A stretch of 64,000 nt of DNA from Candidatus Omnitrophota bacterium. GTDB lineage: Bacteria > Omnitrophota > Gorgyraeia > Zapsychrales > JANLHA01. The notes beneath the pieces were generated by a model. It did no database searches. It saw only the letters and a list, made by a program, of their open reading frames with translations, and was not told the DNA's origin. Of this stretch, positions 38,809-46,851 are shown one piece after another (positions within the stretch are counted from its first letter, which is position 1; every line of letters starts with the position of its first letter). Both the position numbers and the translations under genes were made by a program. Location: NCBI GenBank assembly GCA_020632535.1, contig JACKFJ010000002.1:190331-254330 (forward strand), given 5' to 3'.

Positions 38809-39162
38809 TTAAATACCGTTAATAAGACCAGCGGCATTGTAAGTCGTACCTGTGGTACCGTTACGACGAGTTCTAATTTCATCCTGTGCAAAGGATATTG
38901 TGTTGGAGTTATGTATACTTGTTTCCGTTGAGTCACGATCCACATCATAAGAACTGTGTTCATAATATGGCGCGTATTGATTCGTGGTTCCCAACGTGTT
39001 TGTTGCGGTTGCCATATATTGCGAGGCATCACGAATTCTTGCCTGAATAGCACGTTGAGCGTACGTCTGCATAGCAATGACGGCCGCGACAACTAGAGAA
39101 ATTAACAGCGCGTATTCTGCTGTCTGCTGGGCTTTTTTATTTTTTAATAATTTCTTAAACAT
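38809..39162 (-). CDS. Flp-type pilin paralog 3 (117 aa)
   Basis: MFKKLLKNKKAQQTAEYALLISLVVAAVIAM... is Flp-like but has A instead of G before the xxxxEY motif. Confidence 0.65.
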   Translation of the reverse strand: MFKKLLKNKKAQQTAEYALLISLVVAAVIAMQTYAQRAIQARIRDASQYMATATNTLGTTNQYAPYYEHSSYDVDRDSTETSIHNSNTISFAQDEIRTRRNGTTGTTYNAAGLINGI

Positions 39163-39195
39163 TGGTAAGACCTCCGTAAAAGTTAAACTTTTGTT

Positions 39196-39393
39196 TTATC
39201 TCGACGAGGTTAAACGGTTAGCCATATCTTCCATCCCGTTTGTGCCTTGTTGCATTGTTCTGTTATAGGCAGCTTGAAAAGGACCAGTTGGCCCAAGGAA
39301 AAAGATAAGAATAACAACAACCCCCGTAACGAGGATAATGTACTCCAAAGTACTTTGTCCTTTTTTCTTCTTGTGGTGAAGGTTCTTAAACAT
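39196..39393 (-). CDS. Flp-type pilin paralog 2 (65 aa)
   Basis: MFKNLHHKKKKGQSTLEYIILVTGVVVILIFF... carries the Flp motif. AAGGAGG lies upstream. Confidence 0.75.
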   Translation of the reverse strand: MFKNLHHKKKKGQSTLEYIILVTGVVVILIFFLGPTGPFQAAYNRTMQQGTNGMEDMANRLTSSR

Positions 39394-39444
39394 TGTGCTT
39401 CCTCCTTGATTTACTACTTTAATTTTCGGTTTGTGTTGCCGATA

Positions 39445-39594
39445 CTAATCTTTGTACCCTTCTTGGATCGCCTGCTGAGTTGCCTGCACCGAACGAAACA
39501 CATAAGTACTCATGGCCAACATTGCTGAAGCCACGACTGCCACGATGATGGCATATTCAATGAGATTCTGTCCTATTTGATTCTTTAGCCGCAT
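39445..39594 (-). CDS. flp: Flp pilin paralog 1, classic short form (49 aa); not in the ORF track
   Basis: Hand translation gives MRLKNQIGQNLIEYAIIVAVVASAMLAMSTYVFRSVQATQQAIQEGYKD*. The start is ATG 39594-39592 and the stop TAG 39447-39445. AAGGTG lies about 8 nt upstream. At 49 aa it is below the 60-aa track cutoff. Confidence 0.7.
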   Translation of the reverse strand: MRLKNQIGQNLIEYAIIVAVVASAMLAMSTYVFRSVQATQQAIQEGYKD

Positions 39595-39737
39595 CGTGCT
39601 GCACCTTTTGTGTTACAGATGATCCTTGCCCTCACTCTAAGCAACTTCAGAGCGGATACAGTTATTGGGCTCTATCGCCGCGCCTTTTAAAGGGCTTGGC
39701 ATCTCTGTTGGCGAAATTCCGCAAAACAGAGAATAAA

Positions 39738-39757
39738 ATCCCGTTTCGCAACGGGAT
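39738..39757 (-). terminator. Intrinsic terminator after the HTH-protein gene
   Basis: ATCCCGTT-tcgc-AACGGGAT forms an 8-bp stem with a 4-nt loop. On the minus strand it is followed by TTTTATTCT. Confidence 0.65.
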
Positions 39758-39873
39758 AAAAGACTGGTTTAACCTTCTCAAAAAACAAAATGGCCTTTGT
39801 TACAAGCTTTTAAACTATACCACATGGGTCACAAATATGTCAAGGCGACCAGCATATATATTCTATGTATTAT

Positions 39874-41610
39874 TTATAAGGGATTAACGTGAGCTGAGGA
39901 AACAACTTTCAAGATAATTCGTCGCCCTTGTTTATCACACAGTGCGCGGGCATTAAAATGATAGATAGCGATTTTGAGTTCCTCAATGCGGGAGTATGCA
40001 AAATGTGGTGTAAACAAAATTGTGATTGTGCGCTTATCTTCCCGAACATTTCCCGGAAGACCGTAAAACTGTTCTTTCATTTGATTGTCGTCGACAAAAT
40101 GGTCACGAAAACCAAAAAAATAATGCTGACTCCATAAATCAAGAATCTTTCGCAGAGCCTGCGCGCTTTGTGAAACAGTCAAATATGTGTCTAATTTTTC
40201 TAAAGACTGCTTTGCGCGTGAGCAAAAAACCTGTCTATTTCCATCGTGGCCAAACGAAAATGCCGACTCTGCTTCTTGAGTCAACCCAGACCAAGAAAAC
40301 AGAAAGTCTGCGACTATTTTCTTAATCATATTTTTATCATTGCCGCCATTGGTTACAAGAATAACAAAAGGTTTCTCCGTCGGAGAAAGACTGACGGCAA
40401 TCTGTGAAGCATTCGCGTTACAGACGCGATAAAAAAATGTTTTATCCAAGATCTGCACACTTAAAAAGTCACCTTTTGCCTGCAAAACTTCATTTATATG
40501 TGGCAAATTCTTCTCCCAGCGCCACACCCCAAGCACAAAAATTCGCGCCTTCAATGGACAAAAATTGTACTTAACCAATTCAAGTTGATCTGCATCAAGC
40601 AAAGCAATTTCCTGTATCCCCTGCCCAAAGGCAGAATCAATCGCTTTGACTAAAAGTTCAAAATTATTGATTTCGGCAGGACAATGGAATACCGCAGATT
40701 GGACATTATTGATAATTTCGGTATTGACAATCCTTATGGCTTCGGCAAAGGACAGCTCACCTTCAGATTGGACATTATCGCAATCCACATTGCGATTTCG
40801 CATACCAATAACAAAAACATTCCCAACTTTATTTGTCACACGAACAAAACAAACTCCTTGTAATAAAATTTCAACTTCAATGGAAAGCTTCATACCAAAA
40901 TCCTGAATACTTTCCGCGCTTAATTGAGCGGCTTTCAAAGTTTCTAAATCGTATTGATCGTCGGGTGTAATTTCAGGAAATAAAACAAAATCACCTAAGA
41001 CATCAAAATTTAAATTAAGCCGGTTACCCAACTCGTCTTTTAAAATTTTTCCCAAAATAGAGCCACCAGCCAAATCCTGCTGCGCCGCCATTAAGAAAAT
41101 CATGCCCGCATTTTCAACAACTCGCTCTGGTTTAGAAATAACATCCGCAACACTTTTATCCTCAGCAGGTATTTTCACATTGGACATTTCTTGAACAGCC
41201 GCCACAATATTCTTTTCTACAATAATTTCTTTTTTGGGAATTAAAGTTTTTTCCACATCCGCGGGAAAGGCTATATTTTTTTTAATTTCACTTTTTACAC
41301 TTTTCTTTGAAGCACCTTGTGCTTGTAATTTATGTGAAGAAAAAAATTGCCCTTTTTTGTGCTCAGGCATTTTAAATTTCTGCACAGCTTTTTTAGATGT
41401 TGTTCCGTCGCTAGTTAAACTGTGCCGACCAACGGGACTACTCAAGTTGGCATTTTTTAAAACCGTACTAACTGAGGACTTTGAAACAACAATATGAAAT
41501 TTCTTATGCACAACATCGCTAAGCTTGCGACAACTCATGTTGGAATGAGTTTTCTTTTGCGTTATTATAAAATCAATAACATCATCGCTTAATTTATGAA
41601 CAACGCCCAT
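39874..41610 (-). CDS. Hypothetical 578-aa protein with an N-terminal helix-turn-helix-like region; a possible regulator or domesticated transposase-like protein
   Basis: The N-terminus, LSDDVIDFIITQKKTHSNMSCRKLSDVVHKKFHIVVSKSSVSTVLKNANL, resembles the HTH of IS-type transposases and regulators. I recognise nothing in the rest and see no DDE triad. The gene contains three sense-strand copies of the ATGTCCAAT motif. Confidence 0.5.
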   Translation of the reverse strand: MGVVHKLSDDVIDFIITQKKTHSNMSCRKLSDVVHKKFHIVVSKSSVSTVLKNANLSSPVGRHSLTSDGTTSKKAVQKFKMPEHKKGQFFSSHKLQAQGASKKSVKSEIKKNIAFPADVEKTLIPKKEIIVEKNIVAAVQEMSNVKIPAEDKSVADVISKPERVVENAGMIFLMAAQQDLAGGSILGKILKDELGNRLNLNFDVLGDFVLFPEITPDDQYDLETLKAAQLSAESIQDFGMKLSIEVEILLQGVCFVRVTNKVGNVFVIGMRNRNVDCDNVQSEGELSFAEAIRIVNTEIINNVQSAVFHCPAEINNFELLVKAIDSAFGQGIQEIALLDADQLELVKYNFCPLKARIFVLGVWRWEKNLPHINEVLQAKGDFLSVQILDKTFFYRVCNANASQIAVSLSPTEKPFVILVTNGGNDKNMIKKIVADFLFSWSGLTQEAESAFSFGHDGNRQVFCSRAKQSLEKLDTYLTVSQSAQALRKILDLWSQHYFFGFRDHFVDDNQMKEQFYGLPGNVREDKRTITILFTPHFAYSRIEELKIAIYHFNARALCDKQGRRIILKVVSSAHVNPL

Positions 41611-41630
41611 ATCTCTTAAACACTTTCTGT

Positions 41631-41705
41631 TTGGACATTAATGATTCGCTGTTTTTGCTCACTATAACATACGCCTAAATTTATTAACAGCAAATTAATG
41701 TCCAA
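41631..41705 (-). promoter_or_regulatory. 12-bp inverted repeat of the motif bracketing the upstream region of the HTH-protein gene
   Basis: TTGGACATTAAT (41631-41642) and ATTAATGTCCAA (41694-41705) are separated by a 51-nt spacer. The proximal arm lies about 21 nt upstream of ATG 41610. Confidence 0.5.
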
Positions 41706-41788
41706 TTTGAATCGACCTTGCAAATAAATAAATATTTTAAAATGAATTTATCCAAGCAATGATATAATTCTAAAAAAGGATTATTAAA

Positions 41789-42031
41789 ATGCTTGCTTGT
41801 CCCTATTGCTTTGAAAAATTAACAGACAATAAAATTGTCAAGTGTCCGCACTGCGAACAGTTTCTCCTTGATCCTATTTTTAATTTAGGCCATGTCCCGC
41901 TCGATAAAAAAAACTGTATTTTTTGTGATAAAAAAGTTCTACGCGAAGCCAGGATTTGTCAGTATTGTCATCGCTGGTTGGATGAAGTTGAACGTACGGC
42001 AAGAGATATTGATCTTGATGACTTGGTGTGA
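41789..42031 (+). CDS. Small double zinc-ribbon protein (80 aa)
   Basis: Four CxxC pairs are present (C4/C7, C19/C22, C43/C46, C57/C60). AAAGGA lies upstream of the ATG. The gene is divergent from the HTH-protein gene. Confidence 0.6.
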   Translation: MLACPYCFEKLTDNKIVKCPHCEQFLLDPIFNLGHVPLDKKNCIFCDKKVLREARICQYCHRWLDEVERTARDIDLDDLV

Positions 42032-42053
42032 AAATCGTGCAGCAAAGTTTTTT

Positions 42054-42395
42054 CTATTCCCAAAAAATCTGATCCTGCAAAACTGTTTTTGTTTTATCAA
42101 TACTTCCCGATGGAAGTTCTATCGCGCAACTCGCGCGCCAAAAATACGGACTCATCCGAAATGGCTTAATATTTCTGACTAATCCGACAACCACCTTCTT
42201 TCGATCCACAAAAATGACATCAATCGGAAATTTCATAAAAAACATATGAATTGATCGGCATTGCGTAATGATCATGCCTTCTTTATCTGACAATGAATCA
42301 TGCTTCAAAAGTCCAACAAGACGCGACCCCGCCGTATCCGCGAGAACGGCCTTTTGCGCTAAAATTGTATTACGTGTTTGATTTAAAATTTGCAC
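42054..42395 (-). CDS. DUF192-family protein (113 aa)
   Basis: The core GLLKHDSLSDKEGMIITQCRSIHMFFMKFPIDVIFVDRKKVVVGLVRNIKPF...AIELPSG matches the DUF192 pattern (GLM...GMLF...MKNTLIPLDIIFID...V...LEL.AG). Confidence 0.6.
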   Translation of the reverse strand: MQILNQTRNTILAQKAVLADTAGSRLVGLLKHDSLSDKEGMIITQCRSIHMFFMKFPIDVIFVDRKKVVVGLVRNIKPFRMSPYFWRASCAIELPSGSIDKTKTVLQDQIFWE

Positions 42396-42401
42396 AGAAT
42401 A

Positions 42402-44564
42402 TTACGGGCGGGTAAACATCCCTTTGTCAATCTTTAAACCCATGGATGTAAGTTCTTCGTAACATTTAGGAATATATCCGGTCGGGCGATAATCTCCCAT
42501 AACAACAGCATTTTCGCCAAGACCCTTTTGATCATACACAAAAACGTCTCTTAAATCGAGTTGATGATCCTGAATCATACCGACAACTTCCGTAATCCCA
42601 GTAATCTTGCGTGTCCCGTCGGAAAAACGAGCAATATGTACAATGACATCGATGGCGGAAGAAATCATTTCATTAATGGCGCGCATAGGTAATTCGATAC
42701 CGCTTAATAAAATCATCGAACTCATACGAACCATAACGTCACGCGTGGAGTTAGCGTGAAGTGTTGTCATAGAACCATCATGCCCCGTATTCATAGCTTG
42801 CAACATATCAAGAACTTCAGGGCCACGACACTCACCAATGATAATGCGGTCAGGACGCATACGCAATGTATTCGTAAACAAGTCGCGAATCGAAACGGTT
42901 CCCTTGCCTTCAACGTTAGACGGCCGTGATTCCAATCTCGCCCAATGACTTTTTTTCAAACGTAATTCAGCCGCATCTTCAATGGTAATAATGCGTTCAT
43001 TGTCAGGAATAAATTGCGAAATGACATTAAGCAGTGTTGTTTTTCCCGAGCCGGTACCACCGGAAACAATAATATTTTTACGCCCCAAAACGCACGCCTC
43101 AAGAAAATCATGCATTGCTTTTGAAAAACTTCGATATTTATCCAAAAGATCTTCCGCGCTCAATCGCTCAGCGCCAAATTTACGAATCGTCACCATCGGT
43201 CCGTTTAAGGACAAAGGGGGAATAATCGCGTTAAACCGTGAACCGTCGGGAAGGCGCGCGTCGACCATCGGAACAGATTCATCAATACGACGCCCCAAAG
43301 GAGCAATGATGCGATCAATAATAGAACGAACTTGCTGATCCGAAACAAATTTGCGATTTGTTAAAATAAGCTTACCGCTTTTTTCAACATAAATGACATC
43401 CTTGCTGTTGACCATAATGTCGGAAACATCCGTGTCCGCCAAGAACTCTTCCAAAGGTCCTAATCCCAGCGCCTCGTCAACGATCTCCTTGACGATTCGC
43501 GACCGTTCTTCATGTGAAGACAAAGCGCCGCCTTTTTCTTCCAACAAAAGATTACCTACAACTTTGCGCGCGGACTCTTTAAGCTCTTGAGCTTTCTTAG
43601 GATCGCTCAAATTCTCTGGAGTCATATCCTCGACGTGCAGACGCGCAACTAGTTTTTCATGAATTTTTTTCTTAAGGGCAATAACTTCATCTTCTTCTTC
43701 ACCGTAAACAATCGGCGTAGCATTGGTCGTGTTTTGCTGCGAAATTCCAAATTTTTCCCAAAAATTTCCCGGTTTATCAATTCCTTCCGTCGTCCGCTCA
43801 CGCGCCACTTCAGTTGGCTGAACATAAATATCGTCCTTCTTTAAATCCTGAACCATCTTAACAAACGCTTCGGCAATTGGACCCTTAGGCGTATCAATAA
43901 CACACGGAACACCACGATTTAAAGCCATACCAACTGCTTTTCCATCAGAAGGGATCCTTCCCAAAATCTCACACGCCAAGGCCGTACGAACTTCCTGCCA
44001 AGCCACACCACCACGACTTTCAGCGCGATTCAAAACCAAACGCACCATTTTTAACGGATAGTGTAAACTTTGCAAAAGTTCAATACACCACTTGATTTGA
44101 TAAACGGCTAAAATGTCCGGTGTGACAACAAGAAGAATAAGATTTGAGTGATCTAATACACTAAGAAGCGTTTCGCTAAATGAGTTGCCAGCGTCGACGA
44201 CAACGTAATCATAAACTTGGACTGCTTTACGAAAAAACGGCTTAATATTTTCAGCCGTAATGTGCCCAGCTTGTTTTGATTGCAGAACAGCAGGTAAAAA
44301 ATCAACGCCGCAGCTGTGGGAAATGACATACTTTTTAATAATGGATGGGTCATCAGTTTTCTCAATTTCCGAAAGAAGATTAACGAGGGCAAAGCGAGGA
44401 GCAAGGTTAAGCATGCGGGCCATGTCATGAACGCCCTGAAAATCAATATCTACCAATAAAACACGTTTACCGGCTAACGCTAAAGACGTTGCCAAGTTAA
44501 CGGCGACGAAAGTTTTACCAACGCCACCCTTATTACCAAAAACCGCTATGGTGCGTGATTCCAT
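42402..44564 (-). CDS. Fusion protein: an N-terminal ParA/MinD-type (TadZ/CpaE-like) ATPase joined to a C-terminal CpaF/TadA secretion ATPase (720 aa)
   Basis: The N-terminus, IAVFGNKGGVGKTFVAVNLATSLALAGKRVLLVDIDFQG, has a deviant Walker A of the ParA/MinD type. The C-terminal half reads NIIVSGGTGSGKTTLLNVISQFIP...RIITIEDAAELRL...RMRPDRIIIGECRGPEVLDMLQAMNTGHDGSMTTLHANS. These are the VirB11/CpaF Walker A, Asp box, Walker B and His box. Confidence 0.8.
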   Translation of the reverse strand: MESRTIAVFGNKGGVGKTFVAVNLATSLALAGKRVLLVDIDFQGVHDMARMLNLAPRFALVNLLSEIEKTDDPSIIKKYVISHSCGVDFLPAVLQSKQAGHITAENIKPFFRKAVQVYDYVVVDAGNSFSETLLSVLDHSNLILLVVTPDILAVYQIKWCIELLQSLHYPLKMVRLVLNRAESRGGVAWQEVRTALACEILGRIPSDGKAVGMALNRGVPCVIDTPKGPIAEAFVKMVQDLKKDDIYVQPTEVARERTTEGIDKPGNFWEKFGISQQNTTNATPIVYGEEEDEVIALKKKIHEKLVARLHVEDMTPENLSDPKKAQELKESARKVVGNLLLEEKGGALSSHEERSRIVKEIVDEALGLGPLEEFLADTDVSDIMVNSKDVIYVEKSGKLILTNRKFVSDQQVRSIIDRIIAPLGRRIDESVPMVDARLPDGSRFNAIIPPLSLNGPMVTIRKFGAERLSAEDLLDKYRSFSKAMHDFLEACVLGRKNIIVSGGTGSGKTTLLNVISQFIPDNERIITIEDAAELRLKKSHWARLESRPSNVEGKGTVSIRDLFTNTLRMRPDRIIIGECRGPEVLDMLQAMNTGHDGSMTTLHANSTRDVMVRMSSMILLSGIELPMRAINEMISSAIDVIVHIARFSDGTRKITGITEVVGMIQDHQLDLRDVFVYDQKGLGENAVVMGDYRPTGYIPKCYEELTSMGLKIDKGMFTRP

Positions 44565-44574
44565 ATAAAAACTC

Positions 44575-46803
44575 TTATTTTTTCGGAGCTAAAACAGGCA
44601 TTCCGATAATTGCTTTTTCGCTATATTCAACCGGAACTGAAATTGAAATTTCCTTCATATTTTTCGCGGGAACGAAAGAATCAAAAGGTGCTAAAATTTC
44701 AGCCGTGTCAACAGCGTCTTTATCAAAAATCGCGTAACCCGAAGATTGACTCACAGCAACATCTTTAATATGACCGTCGGGTAAAATTGTCATGTTTAGT
44801 ATGGCCGTACCTTCCCAACGCGATTCCTTGGCTTCATACGGATAAGAAATTGTTTCCGACATTTCATTCTTTATTTTATTTGTATATTTCGTTTTGATCG
44901 CTGAAATCTCTTGCTCACTTAAAACATTCTGTGGATCTGACAGACGTGGATCAGCAAGGGCAATATTTAAACTTGGGTCATCCACCGCTCGTCTACGAAA
45001 ACCGCTGGCCTCTAAACTTTTAACTTCACTAACAGCGGCGGGTGTCACCGAGGAAACCGCAGGCTTATCCTTAGGCGTAGTTTTAGCAGCCGTCGAGGTT
45101 TTCGTTATTTTGCTATCAACATCCTTTTGCTTAGAATCTTTTTTGGCTTTTTGAGCTTTCCTAGCTTTGGCTCGTTCTTCTTTTTCCAACTTGGCTTGCT
45201 CCGCTTTTTCTTTCTTAGCTTTTAACGCCGCAGCTTTCGCATCGGCTTTGGCTTTTAGGGCCATAGCCTTTTTTTCTGCTTTTATTTGCGCGGGAGTTTT
45301 TGCTTTCGTCGTGCTTGTCTCTTTTATATCTTTCTTCGGAACATCAACAACCTTAGGCACCTCGACAGATGCATCAGACAATGATTTGCTCTCTTTGGCT
45401 TGCGGAGGAACTTGTTTGGGCAATTCATTTTTTGATAGCGCTGCTGGCTCCTCAGCTCTTTGAACAGAAACGCTGCCGTTTGCAGTCTCAGAATTTTTAT
45501 TATCGATCTTTTTTGTTTCCTTGGTTTCGGGTTCCTGCTTATTATATGGAACTTCTTTCTTATCAATTTTTAAATTTTTTAGAATATGCGGTGTCAAAGA
45601 AACAACTAATTCTTGATCACTGTCTGGAGATGTGTTTGACGTTGACTTAAAAGCCATTCCTAACACGGGAATTTTACTTAAAAAAGGCACGCGTTTAATC
45701 GTTTCTGATTGTCGACGCTGAATCATCCCAGCAAGAACAATTGTTTGCGAGTCTTGAAGCCTAACCTTGGTCGTTGCCGTGCGCGTTAAAAACGCGACGT
45801 CGTCGCCAACAGCATTCGAAGAATCGACATCGCGAACAGTGACATTGACATTAATATCAATTTTACCATCGCGAATTTCGGGTGTAACTGTTAACTCAAC
45901 GCCATAGTCCTTGAATGTCACATTTTCTTGCACACTACCGCCACCAACAGACGTTGTTGTACTACGAATAGGAATTTCACCACCGACCAAAAACGACGCC
46001 TGTTCACCATTGGTCACAACAAGCGATGGCTTTGAGAGAATTCTTCCCTTACCCTCCTGAATCAGCAAATTAACAACGGACAAGATGGCAGAAGTTCTAG
46101 AAAAATCACCAAGTTTAAATAAATCCGCGAAGCTGCCATCCTGCGTCGGCAAGGATTCCGCAAAACTAAAGGCGAGCGATCCGCCTCCCGTCGTCCAATC
46201 AAATCCAAGCGCTTTACTCAAAGTCGTATCAAGTTCAGAAAATTGAACATCGATTTGAATCAAATCACCTTCTTCAATGACCAAATTAATTATGCTGCTG
46301 CCAAAATCTTTAATTAAAAGTTCAAACTTTTTCTTTTCATTTCTGCTTAAGTATCCGCTAAGAATTAGTTTTCCCTCTAGATAATTCTTTTCCACAGAAA
46401 CACCTTTAATATCAGCGGATTGAATCAAGGAAGCGATACGGGTAGCAATCAAATTCAAATCTGTATTTAAAACACGCGCGATAATTTGACGCTTACCGAC
46501 TTCGTCCCAGATAAAAATCGGCGTTTCCCCAACCTTGCGTCCAACCAATGTGATTTCATCTGCCGTCGCATTAGTTACATCAACGATTCCCGGATTACTC
46601 ACAGCGATTCTCGTCAAGGAGTGCACCTTAACCGTGACAAGATCTCCAAGATACAAAAACACACTGTCGGTGTCTTTGCTATCAACAACATCCTGAAGAT
46701 CGGCGAGCGATACCGGTGGGAATATTAAAGCTAGCGAGATAAAAAAAACAAAAAACGCGGATGGAATTTTTCCTAGAAAAACCTGCTTTATTTCCATATT
46801 CAC
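44575..46803 (-). CDS. CpaC/RcpA-type secretin with a Lys/Ala/Glu-rich linker and a C-terminal TonB_C-like domain (742 aa)
   Basis: An N-terminal signal-like segment is followed by a pilus-N/BON-like region (ITLVGRKVGETPIFIWDE). The secretin core reads ILSKPSLVVTNGEQASFLVGGEIPI...TIVLAGMIQRRQSETIKRVPFLSKIPVLGMAFKS. A low-complexity linker follows (KAKTPAQIKAEKKAMALKAKADAKAAALKAKKEKAEQAKLEKEERAKARKAQKAKK). The tail, SYPYEAKESRWEGTAILNMTILPDGHIKDVAVSQSSGYAIFDKDAVDTAEILAPF, matches the TonB C-terminal domain pattern. Confidence 0.75.
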   Translation of the reverse strand: MNMEIKQVFLGKIPSAFFVFFISLALIFPPVSLADLQDVVDSKDTDSVFLYLGDLVTVKVHSLTRIAVSNPGIVDVTNATADEITLVGRKVGETPIFIWDEVGKRQIIARVLNTDLNLIATRIASLIQSADIKGVSVEKNYLEGKLILSGYLSRNEKKKFELLIKDFGSSIINLVIEEGDLIQIDVQFSELDTTLSKALGFDWTTGGGSLAFSFAESLPTQDGSFADLFKLGDFSRTSAILSVVNLLIQEGKGRILSKPSLVVTNGEQASFLVGGEIPIRSTTTSVGGGSVQENVTFKDYGVELTVTPEIRDGKIDINVNVTVRDVDSSNAVGDDVAFLTRTATTKVRLQDSQTIVLAGMIQRRQSETIKRVPFLSKIPVLGMAFKSTSNTSPDSDQELVVSLTPHILKNLKIDKKEVPYNKQEPETKETKKIDNKNSETANGSVSVQRAEEPAALSKNELPKQVPPQAKESKSLSDASVEVPKVVDVPKKDIKETSTTKAKTPAQIKAEKKAMALKAKADAKAAALKAKKEKAEQAKLEKEERAKARKAQKAKKDSKQKDVDSKITKTSTAAKTTPKDKPAVSSVTPAAVSEVKSLEASGFRRRAVDDPSLNIALADPRLSDPQNVLSEQEISAIKTKYTNKIKNEMSETISYPYEAKESRWEGTAILNMTILPDGHIKDVAVSQSSGYAIFDKDAVDTAEILAPFDSFVPAKNMKEISISVPVEYSEKAIIGMPVLAPKK

Positions 46804-46851
46804 AATAGTCCCCCTAAAGGATTTAAACCAACCGATGCGGCTACAAATTAT

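Noticed and set aside
38760-39092. A 110-aa minus-strand ORF overlapping pilin paralog 3
   Set aside because: It is out of frame with, and almost entirely inside, the convincing Flp-type ORF at 38809-39162. It has no motif support.
39697-39712. The sigma54-like element TGGCAT-N5-TTGGC on the plus strand
   Set aside because: The GG-to-GC spacing is off by one from the -24/-12 consensus. The element points antisense into the 3' end of the HTH-protein gene with no plausible plus-strand gene downstream.
39595-41788. The 578-aa HTH-protein gene as an intact insertion sequence, with the ATGTCCAA motif as its terminal inverted repeats
   Set aside because: There is a motif copy upstream but no matching inverted copy downstream of the ORF. 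The best match in 39600-39870 is 8 of 13. I recognise no DDE or other catalytic signature, and there are no target-site duplications. A domesticated or degraded element remains possible.
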